Assembly: GCA_964486335.1 (NCBI GenBank)
Contig: CAZAMB010000019.1
Location: 7,377-71,376 of the forward strand
Direction of reading: 5' to 3'
Origin: an uncultured Phycisphaera sp.
GTDB taxonomy: Bacteria; Planctomycetota; Phycisphaerae; UBA1845
Length of the DNA stretch: 64,000 nt
Part shown: positions 28,875-37,667 of the stretch, piece after piece
Position numbering within the stretch: position 1 is the stretch's first letter
Layout: every line of letters begins with the position of its first letter
Notes under the pieces: generated by a model
Database searches by the model: none
What the model saw: only the letters and a program-made list of their open reading frames with translations
What the model was told of the DNA's origin: nothing
Translations under genes and position numbers: made by a program

Positions 28875-29990
28875 CTACGTTCGAGGCAAGATCGGGGAAG
28901 CGACCCTATCTTTCTTGCCATCGGATTCACAGTCATCTATGGGAACGGTGGACTGGGGCCGACGCGCGGTGAAGCGGCAGGCCAAACGGATCGCCGCGAT
29001 CATGCTCCCCGGATCGGCGCTGTTGGTTCCGGCAATGTCGAACGCCGTGCCGTGATCGACGCTCGTGCGTATGATCGGCAGGCCTAGCGTGACGTTGACC
29101 GCCGAATCGAACGCCAGCATTTTGATCGGAATGAGTCCCTGATCGTGGTACATCGCCACGACGCCGTCGAAGCGCGTGCGTCGAAACTGGGCGAAGAATG
29201 AGTCGGCCGGAAAGGGTCCGTCGACATCGATGCCATGCTGGGCAGCCATCTGCATGGCAGGCTGAATGATCCGCCGTTCCTCGTCACCGAAGCGACCCTC
29301 CTCGCCCGCATGCGGATTCAGTCCGAGCACGGCGATACGCGGATGCTCAAGACCGTACCAACGCACGAGCGCGTCGTGGAGCAGTTCGATCGGCTGATAC
29401 ACCGCGCCGATGGACAGCACATCTCGAATCTGCGCCACGCCGATGTGAACCGTCGCAAGCGCGATGCGCAACCCTCCTCCGACAAACGCCATGGAGAATC
29501 GTCGCGTGTTCAACAGGTCACCGAGCAGGTCCGTGTGCCCGGCGAATCGGCAGCCGGCCAGTTTCCAGCTGATCTTGTGAATCGGACCGGTGACCACGGC
29601 GTCAATCTCGCCCCGGCGGGCGGCTTCGACGGCGGTATTGAAGTAACGAAGCGATATCTTTCCGCCTTCGACCGTCGGTCTCGCATTGACCCATAGTCCG
29701 GCAGAGTATTCAGAGAAATCGACGACGACCACACCAGAGTCGACGCGACATGGATCACCGGGCGTGACACGGAACCAATAGGGCTTGATGGACGCCGCAT
29801 CGGCGACGGCCGTCAACACCTCATCGCTGCCATAGATGATGAATCGGCCAAGGGAGCGCACCGCGGAATCGGCCAGCGCCTTGACGATCACTTCGGCGCC
29901 GATGCCGCTTGGGTCGCCCATGGTGACGCCGATCAACGGACGATCGGTCCGGGGCGCGACGTCGAGGTTACCGTTTCCGGCGGCACTCAT
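28875..29990 (-). CDS. pdxA: 4-hydroxythreonine-4-phosphate dehydrogenase
   Basis: GDPSGIGAEV, GPIHK and VDHGTAFDIAGT motifs. The ATG at 29990 overlaps the ribE stop (ATGA). Confidence 0.92.
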   Translation of the reverse strand: MSAAGNGNLDVAPRTDRPLIGVTMGDPSGIGAEVIVKALADSAVRSLGRFIIYGSDEVLTAVADAASIKPYWFRVTPGDPCRVDSGVVVVDFSEYSAGLWVNARPTVEGGKISLRYFNTAVEAARRGEIDAVVTGPIHKISWKLAGCRFAGHTDLLGDLLNTRRFSMAFVGGGLRIALATVHIGVAQIRDVLSIGAVYQPIELLHDALVRWYGLEHPRIAVLGLNPHAGEEGRFGDEERRIIQPAMQMAAQHGIDVDGPFPADSFFAQFRRTRFDGVVAMYHDQGLIPIKMLAFDSAVNVTLGLPIIRTSVDHGTAFDIAGTNSADPGSMIAAIRLACRFTARRPQSTVPIDDCESDGKKDRVASPILPRT

Positions 29991-30658
29991 GCAAAACCGG
30001 CCTTTTGAAGCGATGCCATGGTAAGATCGGCGCAAGACGGCGCTTCCATGCCGCGTTCACGCGGTTCCGACAAGGCGTCGAGTCGATGCACAATCGCGCG
30101 TGCGATGATATCCGACTCGATGTTCACTGCATAACCCGCGCGCAGCGCTCCAAGCGTCGTACGCTCGAGCGTGGTCGGTATCAGGGCAACGCTGAACAGT
30201 TCGCCGGATGTCTCCGCGATCGTCAGCGACACGCCGTCAATCGTGATGGCCCCCTTGGGAATGATATAGGGCTTGAGTTGCCACTGCGGACGGAGCCACA
30301 CGACGTGCTCTCGCGCCGTCGCAATGATCCGGTCAACCGTCGCGGTCCCGTCCACATGACCCTGCACGAAATGGCCGTCAAGCCGGTCTCCGACGCGCAG
30401 CGAGCGTTCCAAATTGACCTTGTCTCCCGCCCGCTTGGATCCCAACGTGGTTTTGGAAAGTGTTTCGTGGATAACGTCGAAATCGAGATTCCCGTCGCGA
30501 AAGGCTGCGATGGTCAGGCAGACGCCGCTGACGCAAATGCTGTCTCCCGGCCGGGCGTCAGCAGCGAACGAATCGGCACAAACGCGCAGTTCGCGGCCGC
30601 CCGCCGATTCGCGGGAAAACGTAATGAAACCTGTGCATTCGACGATGCCCGTGAACAT
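29987..30658 (-). CDS. ribE: Riboflavin synthase (alpha chain)
   Basis: Canonical N-terminus MFTGIVE. Two lumazine-binding repeats (GDSICVSGVCLT and GAITIDGVSLT). Confidence 0.92.
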   Translation of the reverse strand: MFTGIVECTGFITFSRESAGGRELRVCADSFAADARPGDSICVSGVCLTIAAFRDGNLDFDVIHETLSKTTLGSKRAGDKVNLERSLRVGDRLDGHFVQGHVDGTATVDRIIATAREHVVWLRPQWQLKPYIIPKGAITIDGVSLTIAETSGELFSVALIPTTLERTTLGALRAGYAVNIESDIIARAIVHRLDALSEPRERGMEAPSCADLTMASLQKAGFA

Positions 30659-30708
30659 GCTTCAAGCGCTCAATAGGGGCCATTCGAGACGGTCTCCTTG
30701 GCTTAATG

Positions 30709-30736
30709 ATGCTAGACCACCCGACCGTGGTGTCAA
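30709..30736 (-). promoter_or_regulatory. Candidate sigma70-type promoter for ribE-pdxA
   Basis: On the minus strand, TTGACA, 16 nt, then TAGCAT, about 50 nt upstream of the ribE ATG. Confidence 0.25.
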
Positions 30737-30905
30737 GTTGGACTTTCGCGAAACCGCAACGTCGAAGTCATTGCCTGAAGTCGAAACGAGGGACGTCCCA
30801 GCCTAGTCGAATTGCCTTTTCACCCTGGACGGAGTCGCTGCGTCCGGAAAAAACGACAGCAACGGTAAAGGGATTGAATGGGAAGTCGAGCCGCGGTTGC
30901 GCTGC

Positions 30906-33110
30906 TCACGGCGACGACCGCTCGTGCTGATGAATCGTCGAATCGCCAGAGATGTTGGCCTCAACGATGTCCAGAAACTCCCGCGCCTGCGAATCATCGG
31001 GCGCTAGCCTTAAAGCCTCCCGCGCGTGGGGTAGCGCCTCGGCAGGCCGACCGGCCATGAACAGCGCGACCGCAAGATTGTATTGGGCTTCGGCAAGGTG
31101 AGGTTTGTCTGCAATGACTCTTTCGAGAAGGGTAATTGCTTCCGAAATCTGGCGGCGCGGCAACATCGCAAGCGCGAGATTGTAGCGTGCCTCGGTCAGC
31201 GAATCATCGAGCGCCAGCGCCCGGCGCAGCCGTTTGATTCCTGAATCGAGTTCGCCGATTTGCAGCTCCACCGCGCCGAGTTCAGCCAGCACAGCCGCCG
31301 ATTCGCCCTCGGCATCGAGCATTGTTTTCCATTCGGTCGCAGCTTCGTCGAATCGCCCGGCTCGCATCAACATTCGAGCGATGTCCATTCGCCAGGCATG
31401 TTGATCAGAACGCTCCAATGCCTGCCGATACAACGAAATCGCGTCGTCGAACCGACCTTGATCCGTCAGCAGACCAGCAAGCTCCCGGCGAGCGACGGAG
31501 TAATCCGGGTCGAGTTCGATCGCTTTTTGATAGGCGATCTCAGCATCGGCGAATCGACTCGCCTTCCGCAACACGCCCGCCAATCCTCTGCGCATGTCAG
31601 CTTGATTCGGGTGCTGGTCAACGAGTCGGCGCACCGTTTTCTCGGCGGCGGCGACGTCTCCTTTGGCGAGGTAGAGCCATGCCAAGTCCTGCATCGCCGG
31701 CGGCGTGGAAAGCAGTCCCCACGCTTCCACGCGGTGCAGGCATTTGATAGCCTCGTCGACGCCGGCTCGCGACTCGGGCGTGGCGGATTCCCACCACACA
31801 TTGCCTGGAAGCCACACTTCGTCGCCAATGTTCGCCGACGCAAACAGCCGTTGTCCGCGCCAATGCTGGTACTGCACGGCGAAACTGTGAGCCGTGAATC
31901 CCAGCACCGCCACGGTTGCGACAATGTAGACCCATCCCGCGGCTGTGACGCGATGGCCGCGTTTGAACTGAAGGTTCTGCAACTTCACGTTGGCACTGTG
32001 GAGCATGTGAAAGAACTTCAACGTGGCAAACCCCGTGATAGCCGCCATGCCCATCGCAAGCAGGAGCGGGATTTGGCCATACAGGCCGCGATACGCAAAC
32101 AAGGCAAAGAGACCCACGGCTACCATGAGTAGCTCTTCGCCGATAGTAAGATCAAAACGCCGATTTCGTGCCGGTCGAGCTTCCGTCGACGTTGATCGAT
32201 TCAGTAGCGGCGGTGTCGTGAAACCGAAGTAGAGGGCCTCGTTCGGGCAAACACTGACGCAGTCCATGCACTTCATGCATCCTGGATCGACCACCATGCC
32301 GAATTTCGCCACTTCTTCGTGAACTCGCACATTGGAAGTACACACTGCTGTACAGTGGCCGCAATGTTCGCAGGCGTCGGTCACCCGAATGCGTCCGACC
32401 GCGACCTGGTCAGCCACAGCGAAGAATCCGCCGTACGGGCATGCATACGTGCAGAATCCCTTCGACCCCAGAATGTATACGATTCCGAATCCGCAAATCG
32501 CAAACGTAATGATCGCGACAGTCAGCCCGGGAAACGTCTTCCAAAACTCGGTGGTCATCATGTGGTTGGTAAGCTGCGGTGAGGGCGCGCCGACTGCGAC
32601 GCGATAGGCAGTCGGCCAGACAAACATGTAAAGGGCAAGCGCCAGCGGCGCGAAAACAAGCAGACGCGAGCGAAACGGCCTGACTTTGACGCCCCCCTTT
32701 TTGAGCAACCAAGCGCATAAATCCTGATAGGCAACGAGGTGACAGCCCCAACCACAGAAGAACCGTCCGAGTACAAGAGTCGCCAGTAGCGCGAGCGCGA
32801 AGAAGATGAATCCGGCGTTCAAGTGACCCTGGTTGAGCGTGTACATCGCTTCGGACGGCTCAACGGGAGATACTGTTTTCCCCGTGATCCACCATTGAAG
32901 AATATGTACAATCATCAGGACGTGTACGATGATTAAGGAAAGTGCCCGCCAGCGCGACATGCGCGACGGCCTCACACGATTCGGAAAGGCCGGAAGGACG
33001 TCGAGTCGAATATTGCCGTCGGCCGCGCGAGCGGATCCCGAGCAGGCTTCCTTTGAGTGAACGGTGTTGGGCATGGTCCGAACAATTCCCCAGGTGCGCC
33101 CTGCGAACAA
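30906..33110 (-). CDS. Membrane polyferredoxin (NapH/CcoG-like 4Fe-4S protein) fused to a C-terminal TPR-repeat domain
   Basis: Several TM helices carrying CGWGCH and CTYACPYGG. Two ferredoxin motifs, CEHCGHCTAVC and CMKCMDCVSVCP. More TM helices follow, then about 330 aa of TPR repeats (AEIAYQKAIELDPDYSVARRELAGLL; EAQYNLAVALFMAGRPAEALPHAREALRLAPDD). The start is uncertain (alternative M13). Confidence 0.75.
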   Translation of the reverse strand: MFAGRTWGIVRTMPNTVHSKEACSGSARAADGNIRLDVLPAFPNRVRPSRMSRWRALSLIIVHVLMIVHILQWWITGKTVSPVEPSEAMYTLNQGHLNAGFIFFALALLATLVLGRFFCGWGCHLVAYQDLCAWLLKKGGVKVRPFRSRLLVFAPLALALYMFVWPTAYRVAVGAPSPQLTNHMMTTEFWKTFPGLTVAIITFAICGFGIVYILGSKGFCTYACPYGGFFAVADQVAVGRIRVTDACEHCGHCTAVCTSNVRVHEEVAKFGMVVDPGCMKCMDCVSVCPNEALYFGFTTPPLLNRSTSTEARPARNRRFDLTIGEELLMVAVGLFALFAYRGLYGQIPLLLAMGMAAITGFATLKFFHMLHSANVKLQNLQFKRGHRVTAAGWVYIVATVAVLGFTAHSFAVQYQHWRGQRLFASANIGDEVWLPGNVWWESATPESRAGVDEAIKCLHRVEAWGLLSTPPAMQDLAWLYLAKGDVAAAEKTVRRLVDQHPNQADMRRGLAGVLRKASRFADAEIAYQKAIELDPDYSVARRELAGLLTDQGRFDDAISLYRQALERSDQHAWRMDIARMLMRAGRFDEAATEWKTMLDAEGESAAVLAELGAVELQIGELDSGIKRLRRALALDDSLTEARYNLALAMLPRRQISEAITLLERVIADKPHLAEAQYNLAVALFMAGRPAEALPHAREALRLAPDDSQAREFLDIVEANISGDSTIHQHERSSP

Positions 33111-33248
33111 TCTCCCGTTATCTTAGCGGAAAAATCGCCTTCGGTCAGGAGATAGGCCGCCAATGGTTGAACCAAAGCCTTGCAGCGTGCAAGGGAACGT
33201 GGACAATCGACGAGGGCGGTTTGCCAAACGAAAAGTGAAGCGCGTTGA

Positions 33249-35558
33249 ATGAACGAAACCGACACCATCCAATTGGTCGCCGAGCGCCTCCGCGAGCACC
33301 TCGAGACCAAACCACATTTGGCCGAGCGGATTCATCGCGAGTTTCTGATGGAGCTTCACCGCCGCGGCATCGCCACGATCGACGACATCCACGACAAGGC
33401 CCGCGTCCTTGCCGGCGAGAAAGTCTGCGACATCGGCGGTGGCCACGATCCTAACCAGCCCGAGCGCGACCGATGGGACGAAAGTGAGAGAAGCTACGTC
33501 GAACAAATCACGCGCGAGCTGGTCAGCCAAAGCTTTTCGCTCGCGGACATCGACGACCTCGTCAACCTGACGATGAAGCGCGACGAAGTCTACAACCTTG
33601 AAATCGTCGCCAACCGGGCCAATGTCTCGTTCCGGGAGATGGCCGACATGATCCAGCGCTTCTGCAAGCTCCCGCTGGGTGAAACACGACTCGCCCCCGC
33701 TGAAGTGATGGGAACCCGTGTCGCGCTCACGCGACATTTCATCAGCGACCAGCTCGAGTTCATCGGAATCGCCAAAAACCACCTGCAGATTCGTGACTTC
33801 GACGACGTGACGCGGCACATGCTCGGCAGCGATACGGGCATCGGGCGCATCGGCGGCAAGGCCGGCGGCATGATCCTCGCCCACCGCATCCTTCGCTCGG
33901 TCGAAGACGATCCCGAGGTCTACCTTCCGTTGGCGATTCCCGAATCGTGGTATCTGCGCAGCGACGTGGTCGAGGACTTTCTTCGCCTCAACCGGCTCGA
34001 CGAGTATCAGAGCCAGAAGTACAAGCCCATCGACGACGTCGCCCGCGAGTACCCGCTGATTCGCGGCGTGTTTCGCAACGGAGAGTTCCCGCTTCGCGTC
34101 GTGCATGAACTGCGCCGAGTTCTCGACCAGATCGGAAACCACCCATTGATCGTTCGTTCGTCGAGTCTCCTAGAGGACCGCCTCGGAACCGCCTTTTGCG
34201 GAAAGTATGCCAGCGTCTTCGTGGCCAATCAGGGTACCCTGGAGCACCGCCTCCGGGCGCTTCTGGGCGCGATCGCCGAAGTTTACGCCAGCATCATGGC
34301 CCCGGACCCCATTCTTTACCGACGGGAACACAACCTTATCGACTACGTTGAGGAAATGGCCGTTCTCATCCAGAAGGTCGTCGGCTTTCGTTTCGGCGAT
34401 TTCTTCCTTCCCGCATTCGCGGGCGTGGCCTTTTCGAGAAACGAATACCGCTGGTCGCCGCGCATTCGCCGCGAGGACGGCCTGCTCCGCCTCGTGATGG
34501 GACTCGGAACGCGAGCGGTTGATCGAAGCGGATCGGATTATCCGCGCATGGTGGCGCTCGGGCATCCGACCCTGCGACCCGAATCGACCGTGACGGACAT
34601 CCTGCGCTGCGCGCAGCACACGCTGGACGTGATCGATCTGAGGAAGAACCGCTTGCAGTCCGTGACGGTCAGCGAATTGTTTGCTCAAGGCATGGACATG
34701 CCGATGCTCGACAAGCTCGTGTCCATCCATCGCGACGGCGATCTTTACGCCCCAACCGGGTTGCACGTCGATGCCGAACCGAACCGACTCTGCGTCACGT
34801 TCGACAAGCTCCTGCGCGAAACGCCTTTTGTCTCGCGCGTTCGCGGAATGCTCCAGCGACTGGAACAGGAATACGGCATGCCCGTCGATATGGAGTTCGC
34901 CTGTGACGGGGAAAAGTTTTATTTGCTGCAATGCCGGACGCAGTCACAGGTTAAGGACGCCGGCCCCGTGGCCATTCCCTCGGGCGTGCCAGAGCGGGAC
35001 ATTCTCTTTGACGCCAATCGCTACGTGCGTACCGGACTGTTCGAGGGAATCGAACATATCGTTTACGTCGACCCGGCCGCATACGACGCCATCCCCACAA
35101 GGCAAAGCCGTACCGAAGCCGCCCGCGTTGTCGGCCGAATCAACCACGCCCTGCCGCCCAAGTCGTTCGTGCTCATCGGGCCGGGACGATGGGGCAGCAA
35201 CGACATTCTTCTTGGCGTCCCGGTGCGGTACGCGGACATCAACCGCTGCCAGGTGCTTATCGAGGTTGCGCGGCAAAAGGACGGATTCTCTCCGGAGGTT
35301 TCCTTCGGCACGCACTTCTTCCAGGACCTTGTCGAAGCAGGAATCCATTACCTTCCGTTGTATCCCGATGAACCGGGCAATCACTTCAATGAGTCCTTTC
35401 TCCTGCAATCGCCAAACCGACTCAAATCGATCGTTCCGGAGGATGCGGAGTTTGAAAGCATCGTCCGCGTGATTCATGTCCCTTCGGTCGCCGCCGGTCG
35501 ACGACTCACCCTGGCCATGGACGGTGAAACCGATCGCGCGCTCGCCTTCATCAAGTAG
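33249..35558 (+). CDS. PEP/pyruvate-binding (PPDK_N ATP-grasp) domain protein without a recognisable phosphohistidine swivel domain
   Basis: IGGKAGGMILA and LIVRSSSLLEDRLGTAFCGKYASVFV match the nucleotide-binding domain of PEP synthase/PPDK. No TSHAA-type motif appears anywhere in the 769 aa. Confidence 0.8.
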   Translation: MNETDTIQLVAERLREHLETKPHLAERIHREFLMELHRRGIATIDDIHDKARVLAGEKVCDIGGGHDPNQPERDRWDESERSYVEQITRELVSQSFSLADIDDLVNLTMKRDEVYNLEIVANRANVSFREMADMIQRFCKLPLGETRLAPAEVMGTRVALTRHFISDQLEFIGIAKNHLQIRDFDDVTRHMLGSDTGIGRIGGKAGGMILAHRILRSVEDDPEVYLPLAIPESWYLRSDVVEDFLRLNRLDEYQSQKYKPIDDVAREYPLIRGVFRNGEFPLRVVHELRRVLDQIGNHPLIVRSSSLLEDRLGTAFCGKYASVFVANQGTLEHRLRALLGAIAEVYASIMAPDPILYRREHNLIDYVEEMAVLIQKVVGFRFGDFFLPAFAGVAFSRNEYRWSPRIRREDGLLRLVMGLGTRAVDRSGSDYPRMVALGHPTLRPESTVTDILRCAQHTLDVIDLRKNRLQSVTVSELFAQGMDMPMLDKLVSIHRDGDLYAPTGLHVDAEPNRLCVTFDKLLRETPFVSRVRGMLQRLEQEYGMPVDMEFACDGEKFYLLQCRTQSQVKDAGPVAIPSGVPERDILFDANRYVRTGLFEGIEHIVYVDPAAYDAIPTRQSRTEAARVVGRINHALPPKSFVLIGPGRWGSNDILLGVPVRYADINRCQVLIEVARQKDGFSPEVSFGTHFFQDLVEAGIHYLPLYPDEPGNHFNESFLLQSPNRLKSIVPEDAEFESIVRVIHVPSVAAGRRLTLAMDGETDRALAFIK

Positions 35559-35737
35559 TCTGTCGCGTAGGAAAACCGGCACGCGTGACGCCGCGGAAGG
35601 CCAATCTGCAAATCGCGCCGCATCAGCGCGTTGAGTCAGTGGAGATTACGGACTACGATTCCGACCGCTTCCCGAAGGGCACGAGTAGCCGCGCTAACGG
35701 CGAAGCCGTCGGGTTGGTTGAATCGTGAGGGTCCGGC

Positions 35738-36508
35738 TTGAAACCCAAACCTCCTTTGCCCGTGCAATCGCTGACGGTTTTCTTTCCCTGTTACAACGAA
35801 GAAGCCAACGTCGAGCGCACGACGCAGGCCGCTCTGAAGACCTGCCGGCGACTCGGCATCGATTATGAAATCATCATCGTCAACGACGGCAGCAAGGACC
35901 GCACCGGCGAAATTGCCGATCGCCTCGCGGCCGAGCACGCCAACGTTCGGGCCGTCCATAACCGTCCCAACCGCGGCTACGGCGGCGCCCTGCAACGCGG
36001 ATTCCGCGAAGCAACCAAGGACTGGGTCTTCTACACCGACGGCGACGGTCAGTTCGATTTCGAGGAAATCGATAAGCTTTTTCCGCTGCTGGAGCGCTTC
36101 GACATCGCCAGCGCCTACCGACTCAACCGCAAGGACTCCGTCATCCGAAAGCTCAATGCATTCTGTTGGACCACGCTCGTCAACGTCGTGTTCCGTTTGT
36201 GGCTGAGGGATATCGACGGCGCGTTCAAGATCTATCCTCGATCGTTCATTGAATCCATCGAGATGAAATCGCAGGGAGCGCTGATCGATACAGAAATGCT
36301 CGCGCGGGCCAAGCGACTGGGGTACACCATTGGTCAGGTCGGCGTTCACCACTATCCGCGCGTCGCCGGTTCGCAAACCGGGGCCAACCTCCGCGTGATT
36401 CTGCGCGCGTTCCGGGAACTGTTCAAACTCCGTCGCGACATCAAGCAAACCACGCACCGATCGAGTGGCAGCGCTGCAATCGTCGACGAGAAGAAACCGG
36501 GAGCGTGA
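35738..36508 (+). CDS. GT2 glycosyltransferase (polyprenol-phosphate sugar synthase, DPM1/GtrB/ArnC-like)
   Basis: LTVFFPCYNEEANV, IIIVNDGSKDRTGEI, NRGYGGAL and YTDGDGQFD (DxD). The start is TTG at 35738 or a nearby GTG. Confidence 0.85.
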   Translation: MKPKPPLPVQSLTVFFPCYNEEANVERTTQAALKTCRRLGIDYEIIIVNDGSKDRTGEIADRLAAEHANVRAVHNRPNRGYGGALQRGFREATKDWVFYTDGDGQFDFEEIDKLFPLLERFDIASAYRLNRKDSVIRKLNAFCWTTLVNVVFRLWLRDIDGAFKIYPRSFIESIEMKSQGALIDTEMLARAKRLGYTIGQVGVHHYPRVAGSQTGANLRVILRAFRELFKLRRDIKQTTHRSSGSAAIVDEKKPGA

Positions 36509-37001
36509 CGTGGCCGAGGAAACGCCCGATTTCACGAAGGGCAACGTTGCATTGAGGGACGTTTTGCCTTCCGATCTTGGCACTTTTTTTGAGCATCAAT
36601 GTGACGAGATCGCCCATCGGATGGCGGCCTTTGCGCCCAGGGACAAAGAGGCGTTTGACGCGCACTGGGCGAGAATCATCGCCGACGCCGACGTGGTTAA
36701 AAAGGCAGTTGTCGTCAATGGCATCGTGGTCGGAAACGTCGTCAGTTGGTCGAACCAGGGTCGCCGCGAAATCGGCTACTGGATCGGACGACCCTACTGG
36801 GGCATGGGCATCGCGAGTCGCGCGCTCCGCTTGTTCCTCGACTTCGTGGAGTTTCGTCCGCTCCACGCGCACGTCGCCAAGCACAACATCGGCTCCATCC
36901 GCGTTCTTGAAAAATGCGGATTCATCGTCTGCGGAGAAGATAAAGTTCCCTCAGCGAACGGAGACCAATTCACCGAGGAGTTTGTCTTCCTGTTACGTTG
37001 A
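36465..37001 (+). CDS. GNAT family N-acetyltransferase (RimJ/RimL-like)
   Basis: EIGYWIGRPYWGMGIASRALRLFLDFV...NIGSIRVLEKCGF. An alternative GTG start at 36510 would remove the 44-nt overlap with the GT2 gene. Confidence 0.8.
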   Translation: MAALQSSTRRNRERDVAEETPDFTKGNVALRDVLPSDLGTFFEHQCDEIAHRMAAFAPRDKEAFDAHWARIIADADVVKKAVVVNGIVVGNVVSWSNQGRREIGYWIGRPYWGMGIASRALRLFLDFVEFRPLHAHVAKHNIGSIRVLEKCGFIVCGEDKVPSANGDQFTEEFVFLLR

Positions 37002-37178
37002 GATATCGAACAAGGATGCGGTTCAACCTCGTCGAAACGAATAGGGAATCGAGCTCCTTGAGCGCCGTTTCCTATCCGCAAGCGATATGGAATGCCCGTC
37101 AGGGCATCGGGCTGGCAGCGAAACTGCGCCCATGGGGCGATGCGAGAAGGCCTTGCCGAAATGAAAACACTTGAGCGA

Positions 37179-37616
37179 CTACTGCGACACGGCGACGTAC
37201 GAACGCTGAAACGCGGAGACATCGCCAAGGTCCACGTCGCCGTCGCCGTCAAAATCCACCGTTACGCAGGCTGTTCCGATCGCCCCCGTCGGTCCGGCAA
37301 GACAATGGGCTATTGACGCATGCATTGTACTGGGTTCGCTCATCCGCTCGGCAACCGTCGATATTGACCGACCTCGAATTGATGCAATCTGTGAACGAAA
37401 CATCATTGTCCACACGCCGACGACCATAATCAACATGGCGGCGACGGCCAAACCCCGAACCGAAAAAACTCGAACGGTCGGCGACGGCCGGCTTGACACG
37501 CCTTTGGCATCCAAAAACGGAGTGGAGCGAAACACACCGGCCGTTTCGGCTTGCCGAAGCTCCAGGAGAGCCTGCTCTAGTCGGTCCAATGGCTCGTTGG
37601 GAAGGTCCTTAGTCAT
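37179..37616 (-). CDS. Putative single-pass anti-sigma factor with a C-terminal DxDxDG (dockerin/EF-hand-like) motif
   Basis: It lies 51 nt downstream of the ECF sigma gene on the same strand. TM helix LAVAAMLIMVVGVWTMMF. C-terminus CLAGPTGAIGTACVTVDFDGDGDVDLGDVSAFQRSY. The call is by position; no ZAS motif is present. Confidence 0.5.
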   Translation of the reverse strand: MTKDLPNEPLDRLEQALLELRQAETAGVFRSTPFLDAKGVSSRPSPTVRVFSVRGLAVAAMLIMVVGVWTMMFRSQIASIRGRSISTVAERMSEPSTMHASIAHCLAGPTGAIGTACVTVDFDGDGDVDLGDVSAFQRSYVAVSQ

Positions 37617-37667
37617 GGCTCAATGATCCGCCGGTTCAAGTGCGCACCAAAAAGTCGATCCACCGAA

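Noticed and set aside
30659-30905. I looked for an FMN riboswitch (RFN element) upstream of ribE.
   Set aside because: Reading the minus strand, none of the conserved RFN segments (GGGCGGTGAAATTCC, AGCCCGCGAGC or CAGTCTGGATG-like) are present. I see only a weak promoter-like element.
36465-36508. 44-nt same-strand overlap between the GT2 and GNAT genes, considered as a possible programmed frameshift or fusion.
   Set aside because: An in-frame GTG at 36510, directly after the GT2 stop, gives a GNAT N-terminus of normal length. A mis-assigned start is the simpler explanation.
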